Source of the DNA: Deltaproteobacteria bacterium
GTDB taxonomy: Bacteria > Myxococcota > Kuafuiibacteriia > Kuafuiibacteriales > Kuafuiibacteriaceae
Assembly: GCA_040218735.1 (NCBI GenBank)
Contig: JAVJQW010000022.1
Location: 139,901-203,900, forward strand
Direction of reading: 5' to 3'
DNA length: 64,000 nucleotides
Below are positions 30,880 to 40,494 of this stretch, one piece after another. The first letter of the stretch is position 1. Every line of letters starts with the position of its first letter. The notes beneath the pieces were generated by a model that saw nothing but the letters and a program-made list of their open reading frames with translations, ran no database searches and was not told the origin of the DNA. The position numbers were made by a program, and so were the translations under genes.

Positions 30880-31643
30880 GGATCGTCTCCCGGAGACGGC
30901 ACCCCGGGCGGGGTACCTGAGCTAGTTGGTTCGAGCTGGAACCGATGCTCGACGACGCGTGCGCCCGTTGGTGGCGTCGCCCAACTCGCCGTCGGATCCG
31001 CGATCGGATCCGAGCTGACGACGAGGACGAGCCTCCACGCCCCCGGTTCGAGATTCACGTCCTCACCGAACGTGCCCCCCACCCGAAACGCGCCATCCCG
31101 CGTGACCACCGGGCCCGTCCACGAGTGGGCGGTCCCGTCGGCGTCGACGGCGACTGCGCTCAGGTGCGCGGTCCCCTCGACGGTCACTCGGGGGCGGACG
31201 ATGACGTCGACCTGACTGCCCGCCACGTAGCGGTAGTCGTCCGTCGTCGGCGTATCGCCGCGCACCACCTTCTCCCCCGAGCGCACGACCATCGCGTACT
31301 CGGGGAGAGCGGGGGTGCTCGGCGCCGTGACGAAGAGGACGACCGCCGCTGCTGCGGCCGCCGCAAATCCCGCGGCGGCGCCCAGCCGGATTCGGTTTCG
31401 CCGCTTGGCCGCGAGGTCGACGACCTCCGCCTGCGGTGCGACACCGAACAAAGCCTCGGTCATTCGTGCCCGTTCGTCATCGTCCAGTGGCTTCAACGCT
31501 TCCACCGGTGGAGCGCCGTCGGGGAGCCGATCCTGTCGGCCCTCCTTCGCGGCGTCCCACCAGTCATCCGCTTCGTGCGATCGCGCCTCGACCATCTGTC
31601 CCAGCTTTCGGAGGAGGTCGTCTCGGCCATCGTGGTCCGTCAC
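30876..31643 (-). CDS. Putative membrane anti-sigma factor
   Basis: Short cytoplasmic N-terminal region, VVDLAAKRR then a TM helix, beta-rich extracytoplasmic domain; overlaps the sigma stop (GTGA). Confidence 0.7.
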   Translation of the reverse strand: MTDHDGRDDLLRKLGQMVEARSHEADDWWDAAKEGRQDRLPDGAPPVEALKPLDDDERARMTEALFGVAPQAEVVDLAAKRRNRIRLGAAAGFAAAAAAAVVLFVTAPSTPALPEYAMVVRSGEKVVRGDTPTTDDYRYVAGSQVDVIVRPRVTVEGTAHLSAVAVDADGTAHSWTGPVVTRDGAFRVGGTFGEDVNLEPGAWRLVLVVSSDPIADPTASWATPPTGARVVEHRFQLEPTSSGTPPGVPSPGDDP

Positions 31644-32281
31644 AACGCCCCCCGCTGCTTCCTTCCGGGTTCAGTGGCCGGATCTGACTCGATTTGCTCG
31701 AAAACTTTCATCAGGGTCTTCCGAATGCGCGAACGCCACGCATAGACCGCGTCTCGGGACATCTGATGGTGCTCCATGATCCACGCGACGTCTCGCTGTT
31801 CGACGAACAGGAGTCGAAACATCTCGAATCCCTGGTCCGAGAGCTCGCGTTGGAGGCCCTCCAGGAGCTGCGAGAGCTGCTGTTTGGAGATCGCACGCAC
31901 CTCGGGCGTGGGGCCCTCCGCGATGTCCTGATCGAAGTCGGCGGGGTCCTGCGCGTCCTCGGCGTGGCCGCTTTGGCGCCCGCTCGTGAGGATGTTCAGG
32001 ACTCTGCGCTCCGCGACCATTCCGACCCAGCCCTCGAGGGTCGCGCCCCGCTTCGGGTCCCAGCCGCGGAGGATTCGTCCGTCGTCGTCGAGGAGGATAC
32101 GAAAGACCTCCTGGGTGAGGTCGAGGACGTCCTGGCGCGCCCCCCGACGCCGTCGCACGAGGGCCGCGTTGACCTGGCGTTGAATCGCGGGCGTCAGACG
32201 ATCGACGAGCGCGCGGCAGGCCGTGGGATCACGCGCGAGGGCTCGTTCGATGAGCTGGAGGTCGGAGCCGTGCGGCGCCAC
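31640..32281 (-). CDS. ECF-type RNA polymerase sigma factor
   Basis: Region 2 DVLDLTQEVF..L...WDP.RG..LEGW; region 4 FRLLFVE...MSRDAVYAWRSRIRK. Confidence 0.88.
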   Translation of the reverse strand: MAPHGSDLQLIERALARDPTACRALVDRLTPAIQRQVNAALVRRRRGARQDVLDLTQEVFRILLDDDGRILRGWDPKRGATLEGWVGMVAERRVLNILTSGRQSGHAEDAQDPADFDQDIAEGPTPEVRAISKQQLSQLLEGLQRELSDQGFEMFRLLFVEQRDVAWIMEHHQMSRDAVYAWRSRIRKTLMKVFEQIESDPATEPGRKQRGAL

Positions 32282-32352
32282 TTACACGACCGCCGTTGGG
32301 GTCTCAGTCTGCATCTTGTGCTCCCCGCACATCCAAGTCCCCTGCCATGAGT

Positions 32353-32365
32353 GGCCGTTGATGGT
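32353..32365 (-). promoter_or_regulatory. 13-mer ACCATCAACGGCC upstream of the sigma gene, also found at 37597-37609
   Basis: Exact match in two intergenic regions of the same cluster, same orientation. Confidence 0.35.
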
Positions 32366-32398
32366 CGAATCCTTCGTTCGGCTCGGGCAAGTGGAGGA

Positions 32399-34927
32399 TC
32401 AGCGGACGAGGAGCACGAAAGCGTCCGCGGCCTCACCGACGGCGCGTAGAGCGACCTGGTGAGCGGCTAGCAGGTTGCTCTGATCGGCGGAGATCCGGCC
32501 GTGCAGTGCTGTCGCATATGCGAGAGCATCAGCGCTATCGACTTCGCGATGTGTTGCGATGACAACCTCGGAACCCGCGATCGCAAAGGCCTGAGCAACC
32601 CCTATGCCACCCTCGTCAAGCGTCCCGGTCTTGGCGGTCTCACACCCAGATAAGATCACTCGGCGCGGTACTGATCGCAGCAGAAGAACGTCACCCACGC
32701 TCAGTTCCGTGTCAGCTAGGAGCAAGGCAGAGTCCCATCCCTCCGGTCCCGCACTTCTTCCGTGTCCTGCGAAATGAAAGGCGTCCGCGTTCTGCACCGC
32801 TTCAATGACGGCACTACGGGTCGCGGATCGGCCGGAGATATGGACCAAACTACGCTGCGGGTAGAGGTGTTCGATCTGCGATGCTTCGCGTCGCGCTGCC
32901 ACGAGGTCCCGGCGAGGATCGGATACGATTAGCTGGTTGCTGGCCCGTGTAGGTGCATGGCTAGGACCAAGGTCGAGACCAAAAGCTACAGGTATCTGCA
33001 CACGGAGGTCTCGCGCTAGAGATGCGGCGGTCTCGGGGCGATCAGCGAGGACTAGGATTCTCGCTGCCTCAGAGAGCTCGACGTCGTCGATAGCGGCCGC
33101 TATCCCTTTGTCTAACGGACGAACGGAGATGCCGTTCGCGGTTCGTACGAACAATGTGGGGCCTCGATCTGTTTCGATTGGAAGTGTGACCAGGTCGCCC
33201 GCGGCGAATGCAGGGTCGCGGGTTGGCGTTCGAGGTCTGAGCAGTGCCAACGCTGTCTCCATCGTGTGGTCGACGGCGGTAGCGAGGGCACGTTCTTTTG
33301 CGTCTGCCCGACCGACGTCTTGTTCGGCGGTCGCCCAAGCTTCGTTAGCCCGATAGGAAGCCAAGGCTTCTCGGGCCTCTTCGACAGCAGCAACGCTGTG
33401 AGCCCACTCGGAACCGTCAGCGCCGTGTAGCCGGTGGACCTCCGCGATTGCCGCGAGCGTTAGGTAGGCGCGCCGTCGCGCTCGCCGAGCCACCGTGAAC
33501 GCTTCCAAATCGGCGCCTCGCCCGAGAAGCACTGTAACAAGTTCGCGGGCGCTTTCACTTCGCTCGTTGAGCCAGGCAAAACGCCCTTGTCGGGCAGGCA
33601 TGAGGAACGCCTGCCTTCCAAGAATATCTTCAGCGAGTCGATACTGTTCCTCGGCCTTCGTGACCTTCAAACCTTCGCGGTATGCACGCCCCGCCCCGAG
33701 TCGGGCTCGCCATTCTAGAGCTTCGTAGCGAGTACGCGATGCTCGTTGAGCAAGCCGCACGAACGCATCAGCCGCTGACTCGGTCTGGCCGAGCGCAAGT
33801 TCCAGGCGGGCTCCAAGCAGTGCAATCCAAAGTCGCTGAACTGGGTCCTGTGTCGCGTTGGCTTGCTCGAGCCATACGCTCGCTTCGGCCGAATCCTGCA
33901 GTTCAAGATGTGCGAGAGCCAGGTTGATGATGTGGTGATTTCGAGTGTCCTCGTCCGCGCAGCTACGCTTGGAGGCGTGAATGCCAGCCTCGAAGAGGCG
34001 GGCCGCGGCGCGGGTGTCGTCTGGCCGCTTGAGCATCAGTCGAGCCCACCCAGCGTTGAGTATGTCCGTCGACCATTGGCATCCGCCTGGAGTTGACAGA
34101 CGACTAAGCTCGTCAAAGATCTCTACGGCCTCGGCTGCACGGCCTGATTCCAAAAGAAGCAAGCCACCGAGACTCGCAGCGTCTCGGAGCGCAGGATCTC
34201 CGAGTCGGCGGGCCCACCGAATCGCGTCATCGAGCTCGCGGTGCGCGGTCCGGCGATCTCCGAGGCGCCAAGCAACGAAGCCGCGAAGCCAGCCCATCAA
34301 GACTCGAGATCGACCATCGAAGGACGCTCCGAGGGGAAGGTCACGTCGACGACGCTCCGCCTCCGAGAGTTGTCCAAGAGTCGTGATTTCCAGGTACGTC
34401 AGCGCGTACGCGATTTCTCTCCACCTGTGCGCCAACTTGGAGTTGCGCGCGAGGTCTTCCGCTTCCTCGAGGAGGTGGTGCGCCTTCTCCGCGTCCCCCC
34501 GCCTCAGTGCCCTGAGCCCCGCCTGGTGCAGCCGGTACGCCTCCCTCGGGCCCGCTTCCGCCGGGGTCGCGGTCTGAACCCACTTCAGCGGGAGCTCGAA
34601 CCTCCCGCCCTTCATGTCCACGCGCACGCGCTCGGCGTGGTCCTCGAGCGGCAGCTCCAGCCTCGCGCCGTCCTCCGCGGGGATGAGCTTCGTGGCGACC
34701 TCGTCGCCGTCGATCTGGACTTCGACCTTCGAGGAGGCCGAGGCGTCGAACCACACCGTCAGCGTCGAGCCCGAGGTGTAGAGGCAGGTGCGGTCGGCCT
34801 TGATCTCCGTGCAGCCGCGGAAGACGCCGAAGAGCTCGGGTTTGGGGGGCGACGCCTTGCAGGCGAGCGCCGCGCTCGCCAGCGCGACGAGGGCGAAGCC
34901 CATCGAGGTGGCGCGGTCGCGGCGCAC
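32399..34927 (-). CDS. TPR-CHAT (caspase-like, C-terminal CHAT domain) protein with lipoprotein signal
   Basis: MGFALVALASAALAC lipobox (ATG 34903 is an alternative start); TPR-like helices; catalytic HFAGHG and LSGCET. Confidence 0.9.
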   Translation of the reverse strand: MRRDRATSMGFALVALASAALACKASPPKPELFGVFRGCTEIKADRTCLYTSGSTLTVWFDASASSKVEVQIDGDEVATKLIPAEDGARLELPLEDHAERVRVDMKGGRFELPLKWVQTATPAEAGPREAYRLHQAGLRALRRGDAEKAHHLLEEAEDLARNSKLAHRWREIAYALTYLEITTLGQLSEAERRRRDLPLGASFDGRSRVLMGWLRGFVAWRLGDRRTAHRELDDAIRWARRLGDPALRDAASLGGLLLLESGRAAEAVEIFDELSRLSTPGGCQWSTDILNAGWARLMLKRPDDTRAAARLFEAGIHASKRSCADEDTRNHHIINLALAHLELQDSAEASVWLEQANATQDPVQRLWIALLGARLELALGQTESAADAFVRLAQRASRTRYEALEWRARLGAGRAYREGLKVTKAEEQYRLAEDILGRQAFLMPARQGRFAWLNERSESARELVTVLLGRGADLEAFTVARRARRRAYLTLAAIAEVHRLHGADGSEWAHSVAAVEEAREALASYRANEAWATAEQDVGRADAKERALATAVDHTMETALALLRPRTPTRDPAFAAGDLVTLPIETDRGPTLFVRTANGISVRPLDKGIAAAIDDVELSEAARILVLADRPETAASLARDLRVQIPVAFGLDLGPSHAPTRASNQLIVSDPRRDLVAARREASQIEHLYPQRSLVHISGRSATRSAVIEAVQNADAFHFAGHGRSAGPEGWDSALLLADTELSVGDVLLLRSVPRRVILSGCETAKTGTLDEGGIGVAQAFAIAGSEVVIATHREVDSADALAYATALHGRISADQSNLLAAHQVALRAVGEAADAFVLLVR

Positions 34928-34978
34928 GATCCCCTACGAGGTATCACACGTGGGCCGCGACCGGCCATGGGGCCCAGG

Positions 34979-35551
34979 TCAGCTGCTGCACTCGGACATC
35001 GTGCACTGCTCGAAGCGCTGCTCGCACTGCAGGGAGCACGCGGGGAAGCCGCTCGGACCCTTGACCGCGCACCACGACACGCACGCCACCAGCTTCAAGC
35101 TACACTTCGTGCAGTCCCACTCGCCGCCGTGGGACCCGCCCGACGGGGGCGGGTTCGGGAGCGGCGCCGGGTTGTAGCAAGGCTGGTCGAGCGCCTCGAA
35201 GAACGCGCAGTACGGATCCTGGAACGGCGCCGGGTGGAACGGATCCGGGAAGTACTGCTGCCCCGGCACGCCGATCGTGAACGCCGCCTGGCGCGCGTTC
35301 TCCTTCGTCAGCGCGTAGCCGACGCCCTGGTGCTCCACCACGCACCCGTCGCCGCCGCAGATCACCGGCAGGTCGCGACAGTACTCGGGCATCACGTCTT
35401 CGACGCACGAAACCGCGTCGCAGCACATCGCCACCTCCGATTCGAACCTCGCCGCCGCCGTCTTCTCCGCGAGCTCCGGCTCCGCGCCCGCGCACGCCGT
35501 GAAGCCCGTCGCGAAGAGCGCGAGCGCCATCATCTTCTTGTCGTTGGTCAT
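34979..35551 (-). CDS. Cysteine-rich lipoprotein
   Basis: Strong AG-rich RBS; lipobox FTAC; 17 Cys in 190 aa. Confidence 0.75.
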   Translation of the reverse strand: MTNDKKMMALALFATGFTACAGAEPELAEKTAAARFESEVAMCCDAVSCVEDVMPEYCRDLPVICGGDGCVVEHQGVGYALTKENARQAAFTIGVPGQQYFPDPFHPAPFQDPYCAFFEALDQPCYNPAPLPNPPPSGGSHGGEWDCTKCSLKLVACVSWCAVKGPSGFPACSLQCEQRFEQCTMSECSS

Positions 35552-35575
35552 CGTCTCTCTCCTTCTTTCTTCGAC

Positions 35576-37570
35576 TCAGTTCGCGAAGCCGGCCTGAACG
35601 GTGAACTCGTTCAGCGACTCCGCGGAGTTGTTCGACAGCACCGACTCGTTGTCCGTCTCGACTGACATCCGAATGCGCCACGTCCCGTTGTTGAGCGCGC
35701 CAAGCGGCAGGAACTCGACCGACGAAAACGAGCTCCCCGCCGGCAGCGACGGCGCGCTGCCCGAACCCAGGCTCACGATCGCGCCCCCCGCGTTCACCGC
35801 GAAGAAGTGGGCCGTCCACGTGCCCGCGCCTGCGCTGGTGTTCGTGACCGAGAACGTGACGGGCAAGTCGTCTTGCGGTTCGTAGGTCCCCGGGTAGGCC
35901 TCCACGAAGTCGACCTCGAGGTTGGGCTGCGGCCCCTGGAACGTCAGCGTCTGAACCTCGAATCCGATCGGAGCGACCCTCCGGTTCGAGGACAGGAGGG
36001 ACTCCGGATCACTCGGATCCGCTTTGACTTCGATCGCGAGCCAGTACGTGCCAGCCGGGACCCCCGAGAGCGACACGGCGTCGGATCCCGAGTACGTGTC
36101 GCCGGCGTCCAGCGAGGGGCCGCTGCCGGTGCCGACGAGGAGGGCGTCCTCCGTGAAGAACGGACTCGGGCTGAGGTAGATGTCGGCCGACCAGGGCTTC
36201 GCATCGAGCTTGCCCTTGTTCTTCACCTCGAACGTGAAGTTCACGGCGCCCGAGCTCGAGTACACACCCGGCGTCGCCTCGACCTCCAATACTTCGAAGT
36301 CGACCTCGTGATTTTCGATGACGATGATGTCCATATCCATGAGGATCTCGTCCCGACCCTCGTTGTTCGATTGATTCGCGTCGGGCGCTTCGACCCAGAT
36401 GCCGATGAAATAAGTTCCCGGCGTGACCGAGCCGGGCACGGTGATCGTCGCCGCCGGGACGGCCAGCATCCCGAGCGCGTCGATCGTGACGTTGGGGTCC
36501 TGCCACGACCACAGCGTGGTGTCGCTCGCGCTGATCGAGCCGTTGTTGGAGAGCTTGATGTGTACCTTGACCGGACCGCTGTAGTCCGCCTCCGAGTAGT
36601 TGTGGACGTAGATGCCGTTCACCTCGAGCTTGTCGCCGGCGGCCGGAGCAATCGACTTGTCCTCGATGTGCAAACCCACCGGAGTCAGATCGGGGACGTC
36701 GGGGCGCTCCTCGTAGATGACCTCTCGCAGGACGTCGAAACGCGTCCCGTTGATTCGGACGTAGCGAATCCCTTCGGGCCAGATTGGGTACACCGTGCTC
36801 GCGACCGCACGTGCCGTGTGGTCGTCCTTGTCGGCGAGCGAGCTGCCGCTCATGCCTCCGTAGCCGGCGATGTTCACCTGCACGCGGTGCGCGGTCGGAC
36901 ACCAATCAGCGTCGCCGCTGGTGTACACCATGCTGCCTGCGAGCGGACCGAGCGTCGGGAACGAGTAGCTCTCGTAGTCACCGTGCGTGAGGGCGTGACA
37001 CGAAGCCTCGCCGTAGCCGTACCAACCCGTCAGCGCTCCGATGGGACGATCCAGCGTCACGATCGCCATGTCCCAGTTCCACAGGCCGTGGACCGTCCAG
37101 CCCTCGAACGCCGTGACCTTCTCGATCTCCGCGGTTCCGTACGCCAACGTACCGGGCGTGGCCGTTCCGTGTTCGATTCCGAACCAGCCGAAGTCGGGAT
37201 CGTGAAAACAATGCGCCGCGGTGAGTACGTGGCGTGCGTCGATCATCGTTCCGCTGCACTCGCCGACGTTGACCGTCGCGCGCGCCGGCCACTGACCGGG
37301 GTCGTCCACGGGAGCGATCTCACCCATTCCGAACAGGGTCCCGTAGAGGTCACCGCCGAGCTGGCCGCTCTCTTCGCGTGGACCACCTCCGTTCATGACC
37401 AGGCGTCGCGTCGTCTCGCGGCCCGTCCTGACGTCGTAAGTGAGGACGTTGCCCACACCCTTGGGTTCCTCGGGCGCCGTGAGTTGGGCCGTCGATGACT
37501 GGGCGCTCGCTGGGTTTGGGCATACGAGGGCCACTGCGGCGACGGCCGCGCATTTCGAGAGCGTTTTCAT
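35576..37570 (-). CDS. Trypsin-like (V8/glutamyl-endopeptidase-type) serine protease with CARDB/Ig-like domains
   Basis: Signal peptide; CSGTMI, LTAAHC (His), WDMAIV (Asp), GGMSGSS (Ser); three PDLT/VDFE/PNLE...NN modules. Confidence 0.9.
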   Translation of the reverse strand: MKTLSKCAAVAAVALVCPNPASAQSSTAQLTAPEEPKGVGNVLTYDVRTGRETTRRLVMNGGGPREESGQLGGDLYGTLFGMGEIAPVDDPGQWPARATVNVGECSGTMIDARHVLTAAHCFHDPDFGWFGIEHGTATPGTLAYGTAEIEKVTAFEGWTVHGLWNWDMAIVTLDRPIGALTGWYGYGEASCHALTHGDYESYSFPTLGPLAGSMVYTSGDADWCPTAHRVQVNIAGYGGMSGSSLADKDDHTARAVASTVYPIWPEGIRYVRINGTRFDVLREVIYEERPDVPDLTPVGLHIEDKSIAPAAGDKLEVNGIYVHNYSEADYSGPVKVHIKLSNNGSISASDTTLWSWQDPNVTIDALGMLAVPAATITVPGSVTPGTYFIGIWVEAPDANQSNNEGRDEILMDMDIIVIENHEVDFEVLEVEATPGVYSSSGAVNFTFEVKNKGKLDAKPWSADIYLSPSPFFTEDALLVGTGSGPSLDAGDTYSGSDAVSLSGVPAGTYWLAIEVKADPSDPESLLSSNRRVAPIGFEVQTLTFQGPQPNLEVDFVEAYPGTYEPQDDLPVTFSVTNTSAGAGTWTAHFFAVNAGGAIVSLGSGSAPSLPAGSSFSSVEFLPLGALNNGTWRIRMSVETDNESVLSNNSAESLNEFTVQAGFAN

Positions 37571-37660
37571 TCCTACTTCCCTCCGAACTCAGTTCGGGCC
37601 GTTGATGGTTTCGATGGTTGTCCCTTCAGGACGAACCACCGCGGTCTGACAGCTCGGAGG

Positions 37661-40459
37661 TCAGAAAGTCGACAGCTGCAGACGGTTGCCGCGCAAGATG
37701 ACTTGCCGCGGCCGAATGTTCAGCGTCTCCAGGACAGGCACCCGAACCGCGATCGGGTTGTTGACGATGCTCCCCTGCGACAGATCGATCTCGCCATCCT
37801 CGTGTCGCTCTTGCTCCACCTCGAGCGCCAGCGTCTCGTTGTCGCGGAGTGTGAACGCCTCGAGGCGCAGCTTCGCCTCGCTGATCCGCAGCGCCGCCGC
37901 CCCCGGCAGCTCGCCCGTCGTGCTCCGGGCGACGATGAGGTTCTTGATGACGGCCAGTGGAGTGTCCCGCAGGATGACTCCGGTTCCGCGTGTCCGGGTC
38001 ACCTGGAGTCGGTCCAGCGTCACGTCATACTTCATCCCGTCGAGCAGCACGCCGTAGCCGGCGGCGTTGTCCACCAGCAGGTCGTTGACCGTGATCTCCA
38101 GGTGTACGCCGATGAACGCCGCTCGACCCGCGTCCAACTGCGACACCTCGAACGCGCTCGTCGCGGTCGTGACGCGGACCCGATCGAGGCGCGCAACCAT
38201 GTCGGGGAGCACGGAACCATCGTCGAGCTCGAAGCCGGGGTCGTTCGTCAGCGAGACGCCCCGGACGAGCGGCTTCGTCTCGACGACGAGGTCGTCGATG
38301 TCGATGTCGAACGCGCCGTAGCCCAGGAAGCCGTGGCGATCGAACTCCGTGAGCGACGCGCGCGCGAGCCTCACCGTCGACAGCGGACCCGCACCGAACG
38401 CGCCGCCCGGTTTGTCTTCTTGTCCCAACGGCGCGCGCACGTTGCGGACGATGACGTCCTCGAAGTCGCCCCGCGCGTCTCTGAACGCGACGTCGATGCC
38501 GTTGCCGACCACACCCTCCACCCGCACGCGCCGCGCCGTGATCGCGCCGCCGCCCGCGACGATGATCGCTTGGGCGCCGGTGGCGTCGTTGCCGACGTCC
38601 TCGATCGTGAGGTTCGTGACCGTCGCCGTCGTGCTCGGCTCCAGCACCGCCAAGGCCTCGTCCCAGATCCCTCGCAGGTGCACGCCGTTCAGCGTCACCG
38701 CGGCGGCCGCCTGCGCGCGGACGCCGTAGCGCCCGGTCGCGTCGAGCGCGCCCTCGACCACGAGGTTCTCCGTGACGAGCGCGCCTCCGACGACGAGCAG
38801 ACCCGCGGCGCCGCCGCGCACGTGGAGGTTGCGGAGCGTGACGTCCGCCGACTCGAAGAACCCCGACAACACCCCCACGCCGTCGACGGACCGCGTGTCT
38901 TCGACGACGACCTCGTCGAGCTGGGCCGCCGCGTTTGCGACGCGTAGGCCGGTGACGAGCGGCCGCTCGATGTACAACCGGCGGCCTTCGAGTCGGCCGT
39001 TGGCGAAGACCAGAGCCGCTGGGAGGTCACGCCCGCGTTGCCGGTCGAGGCTCGAGTCGCGGATCGCGACGCGATCCACGTCGACCGTAGCGCCCTCGAC
39101 GAAGAGCGCCGAGCCCGCTACCCGATCGAAGGAGACGTCGATCAGCATGACGGTCGCGCCATCGCGCGCGACGATCCCCATGCCCGCGTTGGCTGTGGTC
39201 ATCACGTCGAACACCGTCACACGTACGAGCTCCGCTTCGCCCGCGAACGCCGCGAGCGCGTTGCCGGTGACCGGCCCGATCGTGACGTCTTCGAGCACGG
39301 CGCGTCCCGTGATGGAGAGGAGGTCGGCGTCCCCGGGGTCGGTGTCGCGCACGCGCGCCCGTCGCAGCTCGAGCACGCCGTCGACCGGTACATGGTTCGT
39401 CGCGAGGACGACGTCTTCGAGGATCGCGGTGGCGTCGACGGGGACGTCGAGCTGGGTGGCTTCGAACGTCACGCCCTGAGCGCGAGCGCGCAGCTCGATG
39501 CGCGGCGCCGCGACGGTGGTCTGCGCGGCGCACTGACCGACGAGCGCGACGTCGAGGGTCCACTGCGCGGCGGAGTAGACACCGGGGGCGAGCGCGATCG
39601 TCGCGCCCGGCGCTGCGGTTGCGAGCGCGTCCATGAGGTCGTCGTAGGGGAGGGTGGAGGTGCCGTTCCCGTTGGGCATCGCGTCGTCGTCGACGTAGAC
39701 GGCGTCGGGCGGGAGCGTCGGCCACGCGCAGGTCGCGCCGACCTCGACGCAGGCGCCGGCCTCGATGCGCTCGCCGTCGCCGCAGGTCGGAACGTCCGGA
39801 TCGAACGGCGCGCAACCGACGACGCCGCTGTCGAAGGTCTTGGAGGATTCGCCGTCCGTGCACGTGAAGACGACCGGGCTCGGTGGTATCGGTTCCATCG
39901 GGCTCATCGGTGTCGCCGGGAGGTCGGGGAGGCGGTCACAGCTGACGTCGAGGACACGAAGGGCGGGCTCCGGGGCGCCGATCAGCTCGCTGCAGGACCG
40001 GTTCGTGTCGACCTTCAGGCGAACGTCGGAGAACTCCTTCGGCGTCTCGTCGACCTGCTCCCAGTCGCCGGTTTCCTCGGCGAGGCGCGTCCACCCTACG
40101 AGGAACGGGGCGAGGGTGCGGCCTTCGTCTTCGGTGAGGAGGCGCACCAGCCTGTTGGCGTCGGGCTCGGCGACGATGCCGAGGTCGATCAGGGACTCCT
40201 CGTAGTAGCCGACGAAGAGCCGCTCGCCGCCTTCGACGCCGAACATGCGATAGAAGGCGTCGATGGGGCCGCCGTAGACGGTCACGGGGGCGCCCTCGAC
40301 CGCGAGGATGACGGTTTGGGCGCCGAGCGGCGGCTCACGCGCACGGAGCTCGAAGGCCGCGTCGCAGCCCGATGTGAACCACGCGCATACGATACCGAGG
40401 CCTGTGGCTAACGTTGTTCGCACAGCGTCCGATGAGAGGATCCAGCGCACCAGGGTCAT
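37661..40459 (-). CDS. Lipoprotein with right-handed parallel beta-helix repeats
   Basis: Probable start ATG 40459; TSGC lipobox; VYVDDDA..GNGT..PY...DAL....GATIALAPGVY, then about 25-aa beta-helix repeats. Confidence 0.8.
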   Translation of the reverse strand: MTLVRWILSSDAVRTTLATGLGIVCAWFTSGCDAAFELRAREPPLGAQTVILAVEGAPVTVYGGPIDAFYRMFGVEGGERLFVGYYEESLIDLGIVAEPDANRLVRLLTEDEGRTLAPFLVGWTRLAEETGDWEQVDETPKEFSDVRLKVDTNRSCSELIGAPEPALRVLDVSCDRLPDLPATPMSPMEPIPPSPVVFTCTDGESSKTFDSGVVGCAPFDPDVPTCGDGERIEAGACVEVGATCAWPTLPPDAVYVDDDAMPNGNGTSTLPYDDLMDALATAAPGATIALAPGVYSAAQWTLDVALVGQCAAQTTVAAPRIELRARAQGVTFEATQLDVPVDATAILEDVVLATNHVPVDGVLELRRARVRDTDPGDADLLSITGRAVLEDVTIGPVTGNALAAFAGEAELVRVTVFDVMTTANAGMGIVARDGATVMLIDVSFDRVAGSALFVEGATVDVDRVAIRDSSLDRQRGRDLPAALVFANGRLEGRRLYIERPLVTGLRVANAAAQLDEVVVEDTRSVDGVGVLSGFFESADVTLRNLHVRGGAAGLLVVGGALVTENLVVEGALDATGRYGVRAQAAAAVTLNGVHLRGIWDEALAVLEPSTTATVTNLTIEDVGNDATGAQAIIVAGGGAITARRVRVEGVVGNGIDVAFRDARGDFEDVIVRNVRAPLGQEDKPGGAFGAGPLSTVRLARASLTEFDRHGFLGYGAFDIDIDDLVVETKPLVRGVSLTNDPGFELDDGSVLPDMVARLDRVRVTTATSAFEVSQLDAGRAAFIGVHLEITVNDLLVDNAAGYGVLLDGMKYDVTLDRLQVTRTRGTGVILRDTPLAVIKNLIVARSTTGELPGAAALRISEAKLRLEAFTLRDNETLALEVEQERHEDGEIDLSQGSIVNNPIAVRVPVLETLNIRPRQVILRGNRLQLSTF

Positions 40460-40494
40460 CGTCAATCGCCCGTGGCTGCGCCGGAGTCGCCTGG

